36,652 nt of DNA, from positions 1 to 36,652 of IMG/VR virus record IMGVR_UViG_3300013382_000003; one strand, 5' to 3'. Below, piece after piece: positions 7,331-15,259 of the stretch. Position numbers and translations under genes: made by a program. The stretch comes from a virus. Under the pieces are notes generated by a model. It worked only from the letters and a program-made list of their open reading frames with translations, did no database searches and was not told where the DNA came from. Positions within the stretch are counted from its first letter, which is position 1. The number at the start of each line of letters is the position of its first letter.

Positions 7331-8142
7331 TAGCTTTGCCCTCTTCCCGTATCTTCCTCCCAGGGCGCCTCTTTCAGGTATTCCCTGAGCGTTTCCGGAT
7401 TCTTCTCCGAAACCATGAACCATTTCCTGCATCTGTCGCACTCCTTCCACGTGTGCACCTCCGAATAGAACAGCTCACGGCATTCCTCGGCTTCCGCCTT
7501 CGTGGGCGGATAGTGCGAGGGATAGCGCATGAGCAGGGCTTCGAACCTTCCACGTTTCGACGGCCCGAATTCCCCTCTTGGATCCGTTTCCGTTGCCGTG
7601 TCCGTTTCCGTGTCCGTTTTCGTCCTGCGGGGCGGGACGGGCGCCCCTTCAGGCGCTCCGGATCCGCATCCGCTTTCTTTCTTCTCTTTCTTATCTACCC
7701 TCTCTCTTAAAGAGAGGGGTATATAGGGGGGAACGGATTTATATGGCGTCCTCGCCATATTCTTTATGGCGTCCTCGCCATATTCTTTATGGCGGTTTGG
7801 GGATATGGTATATGGCGCCTTCGCCATATTGTTTATGGCGTATCCGCCATAGTCCCCTTCCACTCTTGATGATTCCGGATTGAACGTAACGGTCTTCTTT
7901 TTTTCGCCTGGATTGGCTATTGCAAGATACTTCTTCGCAACAAGCCTTTTCACCTTCTCCCAGGTGTGTTTGTAATCCCGGTTAAGAGCTCTGGACACGT
8001 CCCTGATGCTCAGCCCTCCGCGGATGCCCTTACCACGTCTTTCGTAGTCCGAGATGTAAAGCGACAGGATAAGCTTTTCCGTGGAGTCGAGGTTCCCATC
8101 CTTAAGGACGGAATCATATAGCTTGACGAACGGTCCATCCAT
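7330..8142 (-). CDS. Replication initiator / replisome organizer with N-terminal winged-helix domain; carries the origin iterons internally
   Basis: N-terminus MDGPFVKLYDSVLKDGNLDSTEKLILSLYIS...SIRDVSRALN...VKRLVAKKYL is HTH-like. The 23-bp iterons lie inside the coding sequence, the arrangement seen in lambda O. Confidence 0.65.
   Translation of the reverse strand: MDGPFVKLYDSVLKDGNLDSTEKLILSLYISDYERRGKGIRGGLSIRDVSRALNRDYKHTWEKVKRLVAKKYLAIANPGEKKKTVTFNPESSRVEGDYGGYAINNMAKAPYTISPNRHKEYGEDAIKNMARTPYKSVPPYIPLSLRERVDKKEKKESGCGSGAPEGAPVPPRRTKTDTETDTATETDPRGEFGPSKRGRFEALLMRYPSHYPPTKAEAEECRELFYSEVHTWKECDRCRKWFMVSEKNPETLREYLKEAPWEEDTGRGQS
7742..7856. repeat. Origin-type iterons: five phased 23-bp units
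   Basis: TATGGCGTCCTCGCCATATTCTT at 7742-7764 and identically at 7765-7787. A degenerate copy lies at 7788-7810, then TATGGCGCCTTCGCCATATTGTT at 7811-7833 and TATGGCGTATCCGCCATAGTCCC at 7834-7856. Each good copy contains ATGGCG-N5-CGCCAT. Confidence 0.8.
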
Positions 8143-8157
8143 AGGGATGCCTCCTTT

Positions 8158-8376
8158 CTATTTGCACTTCTTCAGCTTGTCTTCCCTTATCGTATGCATT
8201 GCCATGAGCATGGTCCCTGCCTTTATCCTCCGAGCCTGTGCCACCATTTTTGCCCCTCCGTCAGGAAGGCCGGAAAGCACCGACTGGACGTCCACGCAGG
8301 CATTCACCGAGTCACGGAGCTCACGTTCGAAATACCGTATTTCGTCCTCCGACATCTGTATCTGTCTGTTAGCCAT
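8158..8376 (-). CDS. Hypothetical protein (72 aa)
   Basis: ORF in series. Confidence 0.5.
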   Translation of the reverse strand: MANRQIQMSEDEIRYFERELRDSVNACVDVQSVLSGLPDGGAKMVAQARRIKAGTMLMAMHTIREDKLKKCK

Positions 8377-8704
8377 TCTTTTCCGCCTTTGTTTTCAAGC
8401 TGGGAAAATCAAGCGTTTTCTTCTCCTGCTCTCTTTTCACCTTTGCCTGCTTTGTTTTTTCAAGTTTCGATTTCCTATACTTGAATGTTGCCTTCTCTGC
8501 CTCCTCGGCCTTGTGCTTCCTTATCTCCTTCCGCTGTTTCTCCGCCTCTTCCTTCAGCTTGACGTTTCTTTCGATTTCCGCATCGAACAGGTAGGAGAGG
8601 CGTGCCGCATCGTACATCGTCCTGTGGTTTTCTTCCATCACATAGGATGGGACGCAGTCCAGTGCCGCCTTCACCACCCGCAGTTCGCCGATTGTGAGTT
8701 TCAT
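8369..8704 (-). CDS. Hypothetical protein (111 aa, Lys/Glu-rich C-terminus)
   Basis: ORF in series, overlapping its neighbours by a few nt. Confidence 0.5.
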   Translation of the reverse strand: MKLTIGELRVVKAALDCVPSYVMEENHRTMYDAARLSYLFDAEIERNVKLKEEAEKQRKEIRKHKAEEAEKATFKYRKSKLEKTKQAKVKREQEKKTLDFPSLKTKAEKNG

Positions 8705-8925
8705 AGGACGGGAATCCTCTTGGCTGATATGACTTCCTGATAGAGGGTGACAGACTCATAACATCCGAGACTCTTTAAGACACGTACCTTGGTGATCATT
8801 GTTGCCAGACCTTCGCCCGCCTTCTGCCAGACCGTGCTCTGTCTCTGCCGATAGGAGTCAGGTCCGTCCTTTCCAGACGCCGTCTCCTTCCATGAGACGA
8901 CGATGAAGTACTTCCCCTTTCTCAT
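8701..8925 (-). CDS. Hypothetical protein (74 aa)
   Basis: ORF in series. Confidence 0.5.
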   Translation of the reverse strand: MRKGKYFIVVSWKETASGKDGPDSYRQRQSTVWQKAGEGLATMITKVRVLKSLGCYESVTLYQEVISAKRIPVL

Positions 8926-8927
8926 TG

Positions 8928-9320
8928 CTAGAACGGAAGGTCGTCATCGGTTGGCAGGGAATTGGTGTCGATCCTCTTTCTCTCCTGTTTCGGCTGGTCG
9001 TCTCTCCGGTTGCCGTAGACGTTCACCGATTCCACGACCACCTCGTTCGCCGTCCGCTGTCTGTTGTCCTTGTCGGTATAGAGCCGTGTGTTCCACCGCC
9101 CGACTATCTCCACTCTGTCGCCTTTGTGGGCATAGGAGGCAAGGTATTCGGCCTTCTTATCGAATGCGGTGAAGTTGATGAAGTCGACTCCGTATTCCCC
9201 GTCCTTGTCCTTGAATTCTCTCTTTACCGCCACGCAGTTGTTTACGACCGCGATTCCGCTCTTAGACCTTTCCTTCTCGACGTCACGGCAGATGTTTCCG
9301 CTTAGGATGACCTTATTCAT
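8928..9320 (-). CDS. ssb: Single-stranded DNA-binding protein
   Basis: Trimmed to MNKVILSGNICRDVE, preceded by GGGAGGGAAAGG. OB-fold-like pattern and the acidic C-terminal tip DDDLPF. Confidence 0.85.
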   Translation of the reverse strand: MNKVILSGNICRDVEKERSKSGIAVVNNCVAVKREFKDKDGEYGVDFINFTAFDKKAEYLASYAHKGDRVEIVGRWNTRLYTDKDNRQRTANEVVVESVNVYGNRRDDQPKQERKRIDTNSLPTDDDLPF

Positions 9321-9357
9321 GGCCTTTCCCTCCCTTTCTTTTCTCTTTCTTCGCCAT

Positions 9358-9693
9358 CTACTTCTCCTCCTCTCCCAGGCACGCCTTACGCAGGATCCCG
9401 TATCCCTGTTCACCGGCTTTGAACGTGGTCATGTAGACCGTTGCCGTATCGCCGATTACGAACAGGTCGAGCTTGCCGATGATTGCCTTATATTCATCGA
9501 GCTGTTTGAGGAGCCCGACGCTTACATTCGCCATCTTCTTTCCGAACTCGGTGGAACTTTCAAGGCATCTTTTCAGTTCCTTGTTTTCCGCCATTATCCG
9601 TCTGTATTCGTCCACGAGGAACTGCTCGGATACCGACTTCCTGCAGTTCCCATCCGTCACTCTGCCGTTGTTCTGCTTCCATTTGTTCGACAT
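9358..9693 (-). CDS. Hypothetical protein (111 aa)
   Basis: ORF in series. Confidence 0.5.
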   Translation of the reverse strand: MSNKWKQNNGRVTDGNCRKSVSEQFLVDEYRRIMAENKELKRCLESSTEFGKKMANVSVGLLKQLDEYKAIIGKLDLFVIGDTATVYMTTFKAGEQGYGILRKACLGEEEK

Positions 9694-9696
9694 GGA

Positions 9697-10572
9697 TCAA
9701 TCCTCCTTTTTCTTGAACGTCACGCGTATGCCGGCTCCGACCTGTGTCGTCTTCCTGAACTTCTCGGCCAAAGAGGGAAGTCCCTTTTTCAGTTTCGCCG
9801 TATCAATCGTCTGTCTTGTCCCCGGTGCGATATAGGTCACCTTTACGCTGTCGTTCTCGAACGAATAGACGCCCTTGTCCTCCATCGCCTTTATCCTTGC
9901 CTGCTTGATTGCCTCGGACTTCTTGGCAATATCCTTCTTCCTATTGTCGTAATAGCGGATGAGGGTCTCGGCCTTGGTAAGCTCCGCGACAAGCTCATCG
10001 CTTGCGGGAACCTTTTCCTGATAGGGGCAGTCCAGCGCATAGGCGGATAGGAGGGACTCGACTTCCTCAATGGGCTTAAGCTTTATTTCGACCACCTTGA
10101 GTTCGCCGCCCTCGAACCAGAACGCCTGTCCGCGCTTAATCCCTCTGTCGCCGTACAGATAGGCGTAAAGGGACAACTGCCATGAGACGGAATCCTTGTG
10201 GAGGCTGGAAGTGGTCTTGACGTCCGCTATCACCTTTTCCCCTTCCTCCTCCATCAACAGGTCTGCCCGTCCTGCGACCAGATCGTTATGGACAAGGAAC
10301 TCGCTTTCGAGGCATTTCCATCCCTTCTCCGCGACCGTTTTCTTGTAGGATTCGAATTCTTCAGTGAATCCCTCCTCGCCGGTCTTGTTGTATGCCTCGA
10401 TTTCGGAATGGATGAGCGTCCCTCTGTCCGCCGATGCCTTAAGCGTGGCTTCGTCCACCGCCCCATAGTCAGGGGAAAGGCCGTATTTCTGGAGAAGCTG
10501 GGTGACGCTGATGAGCTTGTGGCCGTCCAAGGCATAAGTGTGCGTGGATTCGTCGAAGCTGATGCCGTTCAT
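9697..10572 (-). CDS. PD-(D/E)XK (RecB/Cas4-like) recombination exonuclease
   Basis: GTLIHSEIE, GRADLLMEEEGEKVIADVKTT (D...D-x-K) and QLSLYAYL (QxxxY) motifs. The gene sits adjacent to ERF. Confidence 0.75.
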   Translation of the reverse strand: MNGISFDESTHTYALDGHKLISVTQLLQKYGLSPDYGAVDEATLKASADRGTLIHSEIEAYNKTGEEGFTEEFESYKKTVAEKGWKCLESEFLVHNDLVAGRADLLMEEEGEKVIADVKTTSSLHKDSVSWQLSLYAYLYGDRGIKRGQAFWFEGGELKVVEIKLKPIEEVESLLSAYALDCPYQEKVPASDELVAELTKAETLIRYYDNRKKDIAKKSEAIKQARIKAMEDKGVYSFENDSVKVTYIAPGTRQTIDTAKLKKGLPSLAEKFRKTTQVGAGIRVTFKKKED

Positions 10573-10841
10573 AGTAGGTGCTCCTTTTTCTCGGCAAGCC
10601 AGTCGTAGAACGACTTCGAGCTTCCGACATATTCCTTATAAAGGCGGATGTTGTGCTCTAGGTCTCTGATGCGGTCCGCCTGGGCTGTTAGTTCCTTGAA
10701 TTCGCTTAGCCAGCTGAACCACTCGTCATAATGGTTCCGGCCAGACACTTCCTGTTGCCTCTGCTGCCACTTGACTATACGTTCTATGAAGTAGAGCGTC
10801 GTTTCCTGCGGATTGGCTCTGCGTTTTTTCTCTGCTTCCAT
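10569..10841 (-). CDS. Hypothetical protein (90 aa)
   Basis: Trimmed to MEAEKKRRAN; its ATG overlaps the ERF stop (TAATG). Confidence 0.5.
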   Translation of the reverse strand: MEAEKKRRANPQETTLYFIERIVKWQQRQQEVSGRNHYDEWFSWLSEFKELTAQADRIRDLEHNIRLYKEYVGSSKSFYDWLAEKKEHLL

Positions 10842-11500
10842 TATTTCTTTGCCTCCAGTGCCTTCTTCTTCCGTGCGATGCACGATTCCCTTTCCTCCTC
10901 CGTGACTTCCTCAGGCTTCTTCTTTAGGTAGGCGGCGACCTTCTCAAGGCTGATCTTCATCGCCTTCGCCTCGGCCATCGTCTCGACCTTTATGTTCTTG
11001 CTGCAAAGAGGCATTATCTTCGGAGCGGAGATTTCATCAGGCGTTACCTTATCGATATGGATATGGATGGGTGTTGGCTTATCCGCGGTTGCCTTGTCCT
11101 GGGCGTCCGAGTCCTCCGTATCATCGATTGCGAAGAGGCCGTTAAGGGCGTATTTCCGTGCATAGCTTGACGCCGTGCCTGTTATCTGTGCCTCGTCCAT
11201 TCCCTTCTTGTCGGCAGGCTCACGGGCATATGCCGTCACCTTGATGCTGTCATCTCCGGCGAACAGGGATGCCGTTGCCTTGATATAGATCCGTTCCCCT
11301 ACCTGTACGACCTCATCGCTTAGGGTCAGTGCGACCCCGTACTTTGCCAGTATCGGCTTTACGGCTTCCAGAATGTCCTCCTGTGACCGATACTTGTACT
11401 TTCCGAAGCTGTTGTACTGGTTCTTCGGAGCCTTCAGCTCCATCTGGATTCTTTGAAGAACCGCCGTCATCTCCCTCTTCCCTTCCTTCGTCTGTCCCAT
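10841..11500 (-). CDS. erf: ERF-family single-strand annealing recombinase
   Basis: FGKYKYRSQEDILEAVKPILAKYGV and GTASSYARKYALNGLFAIDD match the ERF family pattern. The start could be 11470 or 11443. Confidence 0.75.
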   Translation of the reverse strand: MGQTKEGKREMTAVLQRIQMELKAPKNQYNSFGKYKYRSQEDILEAVKPILAKYGVALTLSDEVVQVGERIYIKATASLFAGDDSIKVTAYAREPADKKGMDEAQITGTASSYARKYALNGLFAIDDTEDSDAQDKATADKPTPIHIHIDKVTPDEISAPKIMPLCSKNIKVETMAEAKAMKISLEKVAAYLKKKPEEVTEEERESCIARKKKALEAKK

Positions 11501-11906
11501 AGACCGAGCCTCCTTTCATGGCCACTTCTATTCCGACTCCGCCGTCCCATCTCTGAGTGATGTCTATTCCGAGGTTCTCGAGCCGGTTGTCCTCGGAATG
11601 GCCGTTGATGTGTATCACCTGTCTGCCTTCGGCCTTCTTACCGAAGAACGCCTTTGCGACAAGCACCGCGACGCCGTACCGTTTCGAACTGATGCTTACA
11701 CGCCTTGTCCCGCAGTTGTTCGTCTGCGGAAGTCTTGTCAGTCCCTCGTTCGTTTCCACCGGACAGCGGTATATTTCGCCGTTGCTGTCCGCATAGACGT
11801 CGTATCCGCCCAACTGCCCTGCATACTTCCTTATCGGGCTTCTTTCGAGCCGGAGGGAGGAGTCGAACACCAGGACGATTCTGTTCCCTATCACCTTCTC
11901 CTTCAT
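11313..11906 (-). CDS. HNH_3-type (homing-like) endonuclease
   Basis: GGYDVYADSNGEIY ... VLVAKAFFG ... VIHINGHSEDNRLENL. The 3' ~190 nt overlap the ERF start in another frame, so the functional end is uncertain. Confidence 0.6.
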   Translation of the reverse strand: MKEKVIGNRIVLVFDSSLRLERSPIRKYAGQLGGYDVYADSNGEIYRCPVETNEGLTRLPQTNNCGTRRVSISSKRYGVAVLVAKAFFGKKAEGRQVIHINGHSEDNRLENLGIDITQRWDGGVGIEVAMKGGSVYGTDEGREEGDDGGSSKNPDGAEGSEEPVQQLRKVQVSVTGGHSGSRKADTGKVRGRTDPKR

Positions 11907-12196
11907 TTGATTCCCTCCGATTCCATGGCCGACCGGATTGCCGTTTTCGTGATTCCGTAGAGCTTCAGCTTCTCAAGGGCAACCGCATTCGGGATCCCGA
12001 GCGTCCCGGGATTGACAAGCCCCCTCGCCTTCAGATAGGTGACATAGTCCTGTTCCATTGATTCGTATACCTTGCAGGCCTGCTCTCTGTTGCCTCCGTA
12101 GATGGTCAGCAGGCGGACGACCATCGGCCGTGTGATGGAGACCGAGTTGATGTCCTTCCATGCCTGGTCCAGGCGCTTAGCAATGTTCCGTTTCAT
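11903..12196 (-). CDS. Hypothetical protein (start uncertain)
   Basis: ORF 11903..12265. The Met at 12196 was chosen for least overlap with the upstream gene (stop at 12177). No clear SD. Confidence 0.45.
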   Translation of the reverse strand: MKRNIAKRLDQAWKDINSVSITRPMVVRLLTIYGGNREQACKVYESMEQDYVTYLKARGLVNPGTLGIPNAVALEKLKLYGITKTAIRSAMESEGIK

Positions 12197-12428
12197 TTTT
12201 GAATGTTGCATTTTGCAATGGGCTGCCAAAAAATAAATCTTTGGCCTCTTCATCTCCGACAACAAGGGCGATTTTAGTCATTTCTTCAATAGTAAAACGC
12301 TTAGGGTCCTTTATTTTCTTAATCAAGGTTGCAGGGGCAATTCCTATTTTTTTCGCCCTCATTTTTTGCGAAATCCCGCTTGATGCAAGAAGCACCTTCC
12401 ATTTCGTCTTCGTAAACGATGTGAACAT
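12177..12428 (-). CDS. Small HTH DNA-binding protein (Cro/Aca-like)
   Basis: Trimmed to MFTSFTKTKW, preceded by AAAAGGAGGAAAAAAGA. The HTH-like segment is ISQKMRAKKIGIAPATLIKKIK. Confidence 0.6.
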   Translation of the reverse strand: MFTSFTKTKWKVLLASSGISQKMRAKKIGIAPATLIKKIKDPKRFTIEEMTKIALVVGDEEAKDLFFGSPLQNATFKNETEHC

Positions 12429-12469
12429 TCTTTTTTCCTCCTTTTCGGTTCTGGCCGTGGCCAGATAGC

Positions 12470-12634
12470 TTAGTCCGCAAACAAAAGTCTCAGTTCTCTG
12501 AAGCATTCTTTCACTTCCCTGCTTGTTTCCTTGCTTATCGGCGCTTCAAGGACCGTGTATGCTCCGAGATCAAATAACCGTCTCGCAATCTTCTCGACCT
12601 GTTCCTGCCTTTCCTGCTTTTCTTTCTTTTTCAT
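12470..12634 (-). CDS. Small hypothetical protein (54 aa)
   Basis: Below the cutoff. ATG at 12634 follows GAAAGGATCC. Translation: MKKKEKQERQEQVEKIARRLFDLGAYTVLEAPISKETSREVKECFRELRLLFAD. Confidence 0.4.
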   Translation of the reverse strand: MKKKEKQERQEQVEKIARRLFDLGAYTVLEAPISKETSREVKECFRELRLLFAD

Positions 12635-12694
12635 AATAAAAGGATCCTTTCTATCCTTCCTTACCGCCCCATCCCGGATTCCTATTTATTTAAA

Positions 12695-12997
12695 CTATCC
12701 CATTCTGGACACTCTCCTTTCCTCCTCGGAGTCGATCTCTTCCTGGGAAACCTCCATCCGTTCATCTTCCTTATAGATTTCCTCAGGCACTTCCCATGAA
12801 ACAAGGGCCACCACTTCGTATCCGTACTTATCGGCGACCGAACAATAATAGTCGTAGGTTTTTTCGGCCTTTGCGTAATCCGTTGTTCCCCAGAACTTCT
12901 CCTTGCCGTCAAGGGGGTTCCCTAGCCTTGGCTTGTTTTCCATCCAGTTCTCGATGCCGGCTTCCACTTTGTACAGTTTGATCTTATTGCTTTTCAT
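12695..12997 (-). CDS. First early-operon protein, acidic, non-HTH (100 aa)
   Basis: Trimmed to MKSNKIKLYKVEAG, preceded by AAAGGATCACGAGT. I count 23 D/E versus 16 K/R, with an acidic C-terminal tail. Confidence 0.6.
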   Translation of the reverse strand: MKSNKIKLYKVEAGIENWMENKPRLGNPLDGKEKFWGTTDYAKAEKTYDYYCSVADKYGYEVVALVSWEVPEEIYKEDERMEVSQEEIDSEEERRVSRMG

Positions 12998-13022
12998 ACT
13001 CGTGATCCTTTCTTTGCCTTCT

Positions 13023-13037
13023 GTTGCATCTTGCAAC
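13023..13037. promoter_or_regulatory. Candidate operator palindrome GTTGCA-tct-TGCAAC
   Basis: Perfect 6-3-6 inverted repeat just downstream of the early -10. Further TTGCAA half-sites coincide with both -35 boxes. Confidence 0.45.
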
Positions 13038-13043
13038 GTTATC

Positions 13044-13072
13044 ATTCTATTACACTTCGTTTCGTTTTGCAA
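13044..13072 (-). promoter_or_regulatory. Early (lytic) promoter
   Basis: On the minus strand: TTGCAA (13072-13067), 17 nt, TAGAAT (13049-13044). Confidence 0.55.
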
Positions 13073-13089
13073 TACTAATATTAAACTTT

Positions 13090-13118
13090 TTGCAATTGTG
13101 AGTTTTCTTTTGTATAAT
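13090..13118 (+). promoter_or_regulatory. Repressor (lysogeny) promoter
   Basis: TTGCAA (13090-13095), 17 nt, TATAAT (13113-13118). GAGGA SD lies before the ATG at 13139. Confidence 0.6.
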
Positions 13119-13138
13119 TGTGCCAGCGAGGATAAAAG

Positions 13139-13486
13139 ATGAACTACAAAACTCTAGGAGAGACAATACACAAGTTCCGCATTGCAAAGGGATTATCCTT
13201 GGACGATCTTGCTGAGGCCTGCCAAGTCAATAGAAGCACGGTATTCAGATGGGAAAAAGGCAACACAAGAAGAATCAGTTACGGAAACATGATGATTCTT
13301 ATTGATAAGATAGGCATTCCCCCAGAATCTTTTATTCTAAACGAAGAGCCTTCCATCGGTCTTCACGAAAGAGAGGTGTCGGACATTCGCTTTAAAATAA
13401 GGAAGACAATATCGGACATTGATGATAAGGATAGCTTAGAGACAATTTTGAATATTATAAGGGCAATTAAGAAACAGAAAAAATGA
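13139..13486 (+). CDS. XRE/CI-like phage repressor
   Basis: N-terminal HTH LGETIHKFRIAKGLSLDDLAEACQVNRSTVFRWEKG. The gene is divergent from the early operon. Confidence 0.8.
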   Translation: MNYKTLGETIHKFRIAKGLSLDDLAEACQVNRSTVFRWEKGNTRRISYGNMMILIDKIGIPPESFILNEEPSIGLHEREVSDIRFKIRKTISDIDDKDSLETILNIIRAIKKQKK

Positions 13487-13500
13487 AAGGACACTGAACC

Positions 13501-13806
13501 ATGAAAGAAAAGCTGAAGAAGGGAAACTACTACATTGCCGACATCGGAACGGACGACATGATCGCTGCAGGATTAGGGGAAAAGTTCCTCGTGCGTTATC
13601 TCGGCCCTGCCCATCCAGGGGCCGAACTCGTTCCCCATCCTCGACGGCTTCCTGACGATTCCGGATTTATCCTTGTGGACGTCTATGTCCCAAGCTACAC
13701 CGGACTGACCGACGGCCACTGGGAAAAGAAGCAGACTATTTACGAAGACGACATCATAGAACCGGTCGAGCTTTCCGATGCTTTAAAGGCAAGGAAGGAT
13801 GATTAG
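13501..13806 (+). CDS. Hypothetical protein (101 aa) in the lysogeny module
   Basis: ORF between the repressor and the integrase, overlapping the integrase start by 8 nt. Confidence 0.55.
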   Translation: MKEKLKKGNYYIADIGTDDMIAAGLGEKFLVRYLGPAHPGAELVPHPRRLPDDSGFILVDVYVPSYTGLTDGHWEKKQTIYEDDIIEPVELSDALKARKDD

Positions 13807-15025
13807 AAAGCGCGACCGCCAGAAGCCTTGGCAGGTCATTGTCGGCACACAAGGAACGGACGGAAAAAGAAAAAGACTGTGCAAGTCCTTTGCCACCTAT
13901 GCCGAGGCAAAGGAAGCAGAGGGAATAAGGCTTGGGACGCGCGATGCGGCCACAGACAGGACAAATACGTCAAAGATAGGCGTTGAAAGTCTTATCAATG
14001 AGTTCTGTACCAAAAGAAACAGCGAAATCCGGATAACCACAATCGATAATTATAAACGGGCCTTCAGACTCTACATCGTACCGTTCTTCCATGGGAGGGA
14101 CAGGCGGAAGTGTGACAAGGCGACCTTTATCAAATGGAAAGAATATATTGAGGCAAGCGGTCTAGGTTTCACATCACGCAAGAACAAATTCAATGCACTG
14201 CACAGCCTTCTTTCCTTTGCCTATAAGGAATTCGGATTGGATTTGTGCAAATACCTCGACATGGCTGGGACGTTCAAAAAGGATCCTAATGCGAGGGAAA
14301 AGGAAGAGGAACTCCATTTCTGGGATCCCTATCAGTTTTCCGCCTTTATCTCCCAGTTCAGAAAGGATTGCGAGAAAATCTCCCCATATTCCTCGAATTA
14401 CATGTCCTACTGGGGATCATATGTAAGGCTGAACATCCTTTTCTTTGCCGGACTGAGAAAAGGCGAGGCAAACGCATTGACGCCGGAGGACTTCTTCCAG
14501 CGCCGAGGAGTCTACTATCTCAATATCACGAAATCATGCTCCCACAAGGTTCAGGGGATGGACTGGGTAACGACCCCTCCGAAGAACAAGACAAGCCGTC
14601 GCTGTGTGCCGATTCCCAAGACCCTTGTGGACATCATAAAGGAACACCTCTATACACGGCTGAACAAGCTAGGAAGCCCTGCCCTGTTCCTATGCGGAGG
14701 ACTTTCCCATATTCCGGACTCGACCCTGATTGCCCTGAAGGACAATGTGGAAAAGGAAAGCGGGGTGCCCCATATCCGGGTGCACGACCTTAGACACTCC
14801 TATGTGTCGGTCCTCATCAATTCAGGGACCCCGGTGACCACGATTTCTAAGCTGGTGGGACATTCGTCAACCGAAATCACCTGGAAGGTCTATTCCCATC
14901 TATACCCTGATACCCTTGCCAGCGCAGTCACGGCGTTCGACAACGAAGTATGCGGAAATTCATTTTCAACAGATTCCCATATTCTGGGCGCCATTTGGGC
15001 GCCAAAAAACAAAAAAGGGATTTAA
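13799..15025 (+). CDS. int: Tyrosine integrase (phage integrase family)
   Basis: C-terminal catalytic pattern GLRKGEANAL ... HDLRHSYVSVLINSG ... LVGHSSTEITWKVYSHL (R...HxxR...H...Y). Confidence 0.9.
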   Translation: MIRKRDRQKPWQVIVGTQGTDGKRKRLCKSFATYAEAKEAEGIRLGTRDAATDRTNTSKIGVESLINEFCTKRNSEIRITTIDNYKRAFRLYIVPFFHGRDRRKCDKATFIKWKEYIEASGLGFTSRKNKFNALHSLLSFAYKEFGLDLCKYLDMAGTFKKDPNAREKEEELHFWDPYQFSAFISQFRKDCEKISPYSSNYMSYWGSYVRLNILFFAGLRKGEANALTPEDFFQRRGVYYLNITKSCSHKVQGMDWVTTPPKNKTSRRCVPIPKTLVDIIKEHLYTRLNKLGSPALFLCGGLSHIPDSTLIALKDNVEKESGVPHIRVHDLRHSYVSVLINSGTPVTTISKLVGHSSTEITWKVYSHLYPDTLASAVTAFDNEVCGNSFSTDSHILGAIWAPKNKKGI

Positions 15026-15211
15026 TCCCCATTTAATGCCTATAACGGCGTTTTCGAAAATATGCCCATAATATAGGGGAAATTCGGAAATCATTGCATC
15101 ATTATAATGGCTTATAAAATGTTGTTTACGCTTCTCATACTCTCGACCAGATTCTTAAAAAAGCCCTAAACTAAGGGCTTTTTTTGATGGCTTGGGCGCC
15201 ATTTGGGCGCC
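14985..15211. other. Candidate attP region flanked by two identical 19-bp repeats
   Basis: TGGGCGCCATTTGGGCGCC occurs at 14985-15003 (inside the last integrase codons) and at 15193-15211. Each is itself TGGGCGCC-ATT-TGGGCGCC. Confidence 0.4.
15157..15185. terminator. Bidirectional intrinsic terminator
   Basis: AAAAAAGCCCT-aaacta-AGGGCTTTTTT lies between the convergent integrase and the 15260..15910 gene. Confidence 0.8.
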
Positions 15212-15259
15212 TTTATTTTCAAAAAATTTCCGTCCTCCAGAGGAAAGGGCGGAAACTGG

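Noticed and set aside
7742-7856. Possible CRISPR array
   Set aside because: The units are contiguous 23-bp repeats with no spacers and lie inside a replication initiator gene. They are iterons.
9169-10050. 293-aa plus-strand ORF
   Set aside because: It lies antisense to ssb, a hypothetical gene and the exonuclease, all of which carry clear motifs on the minus strand.
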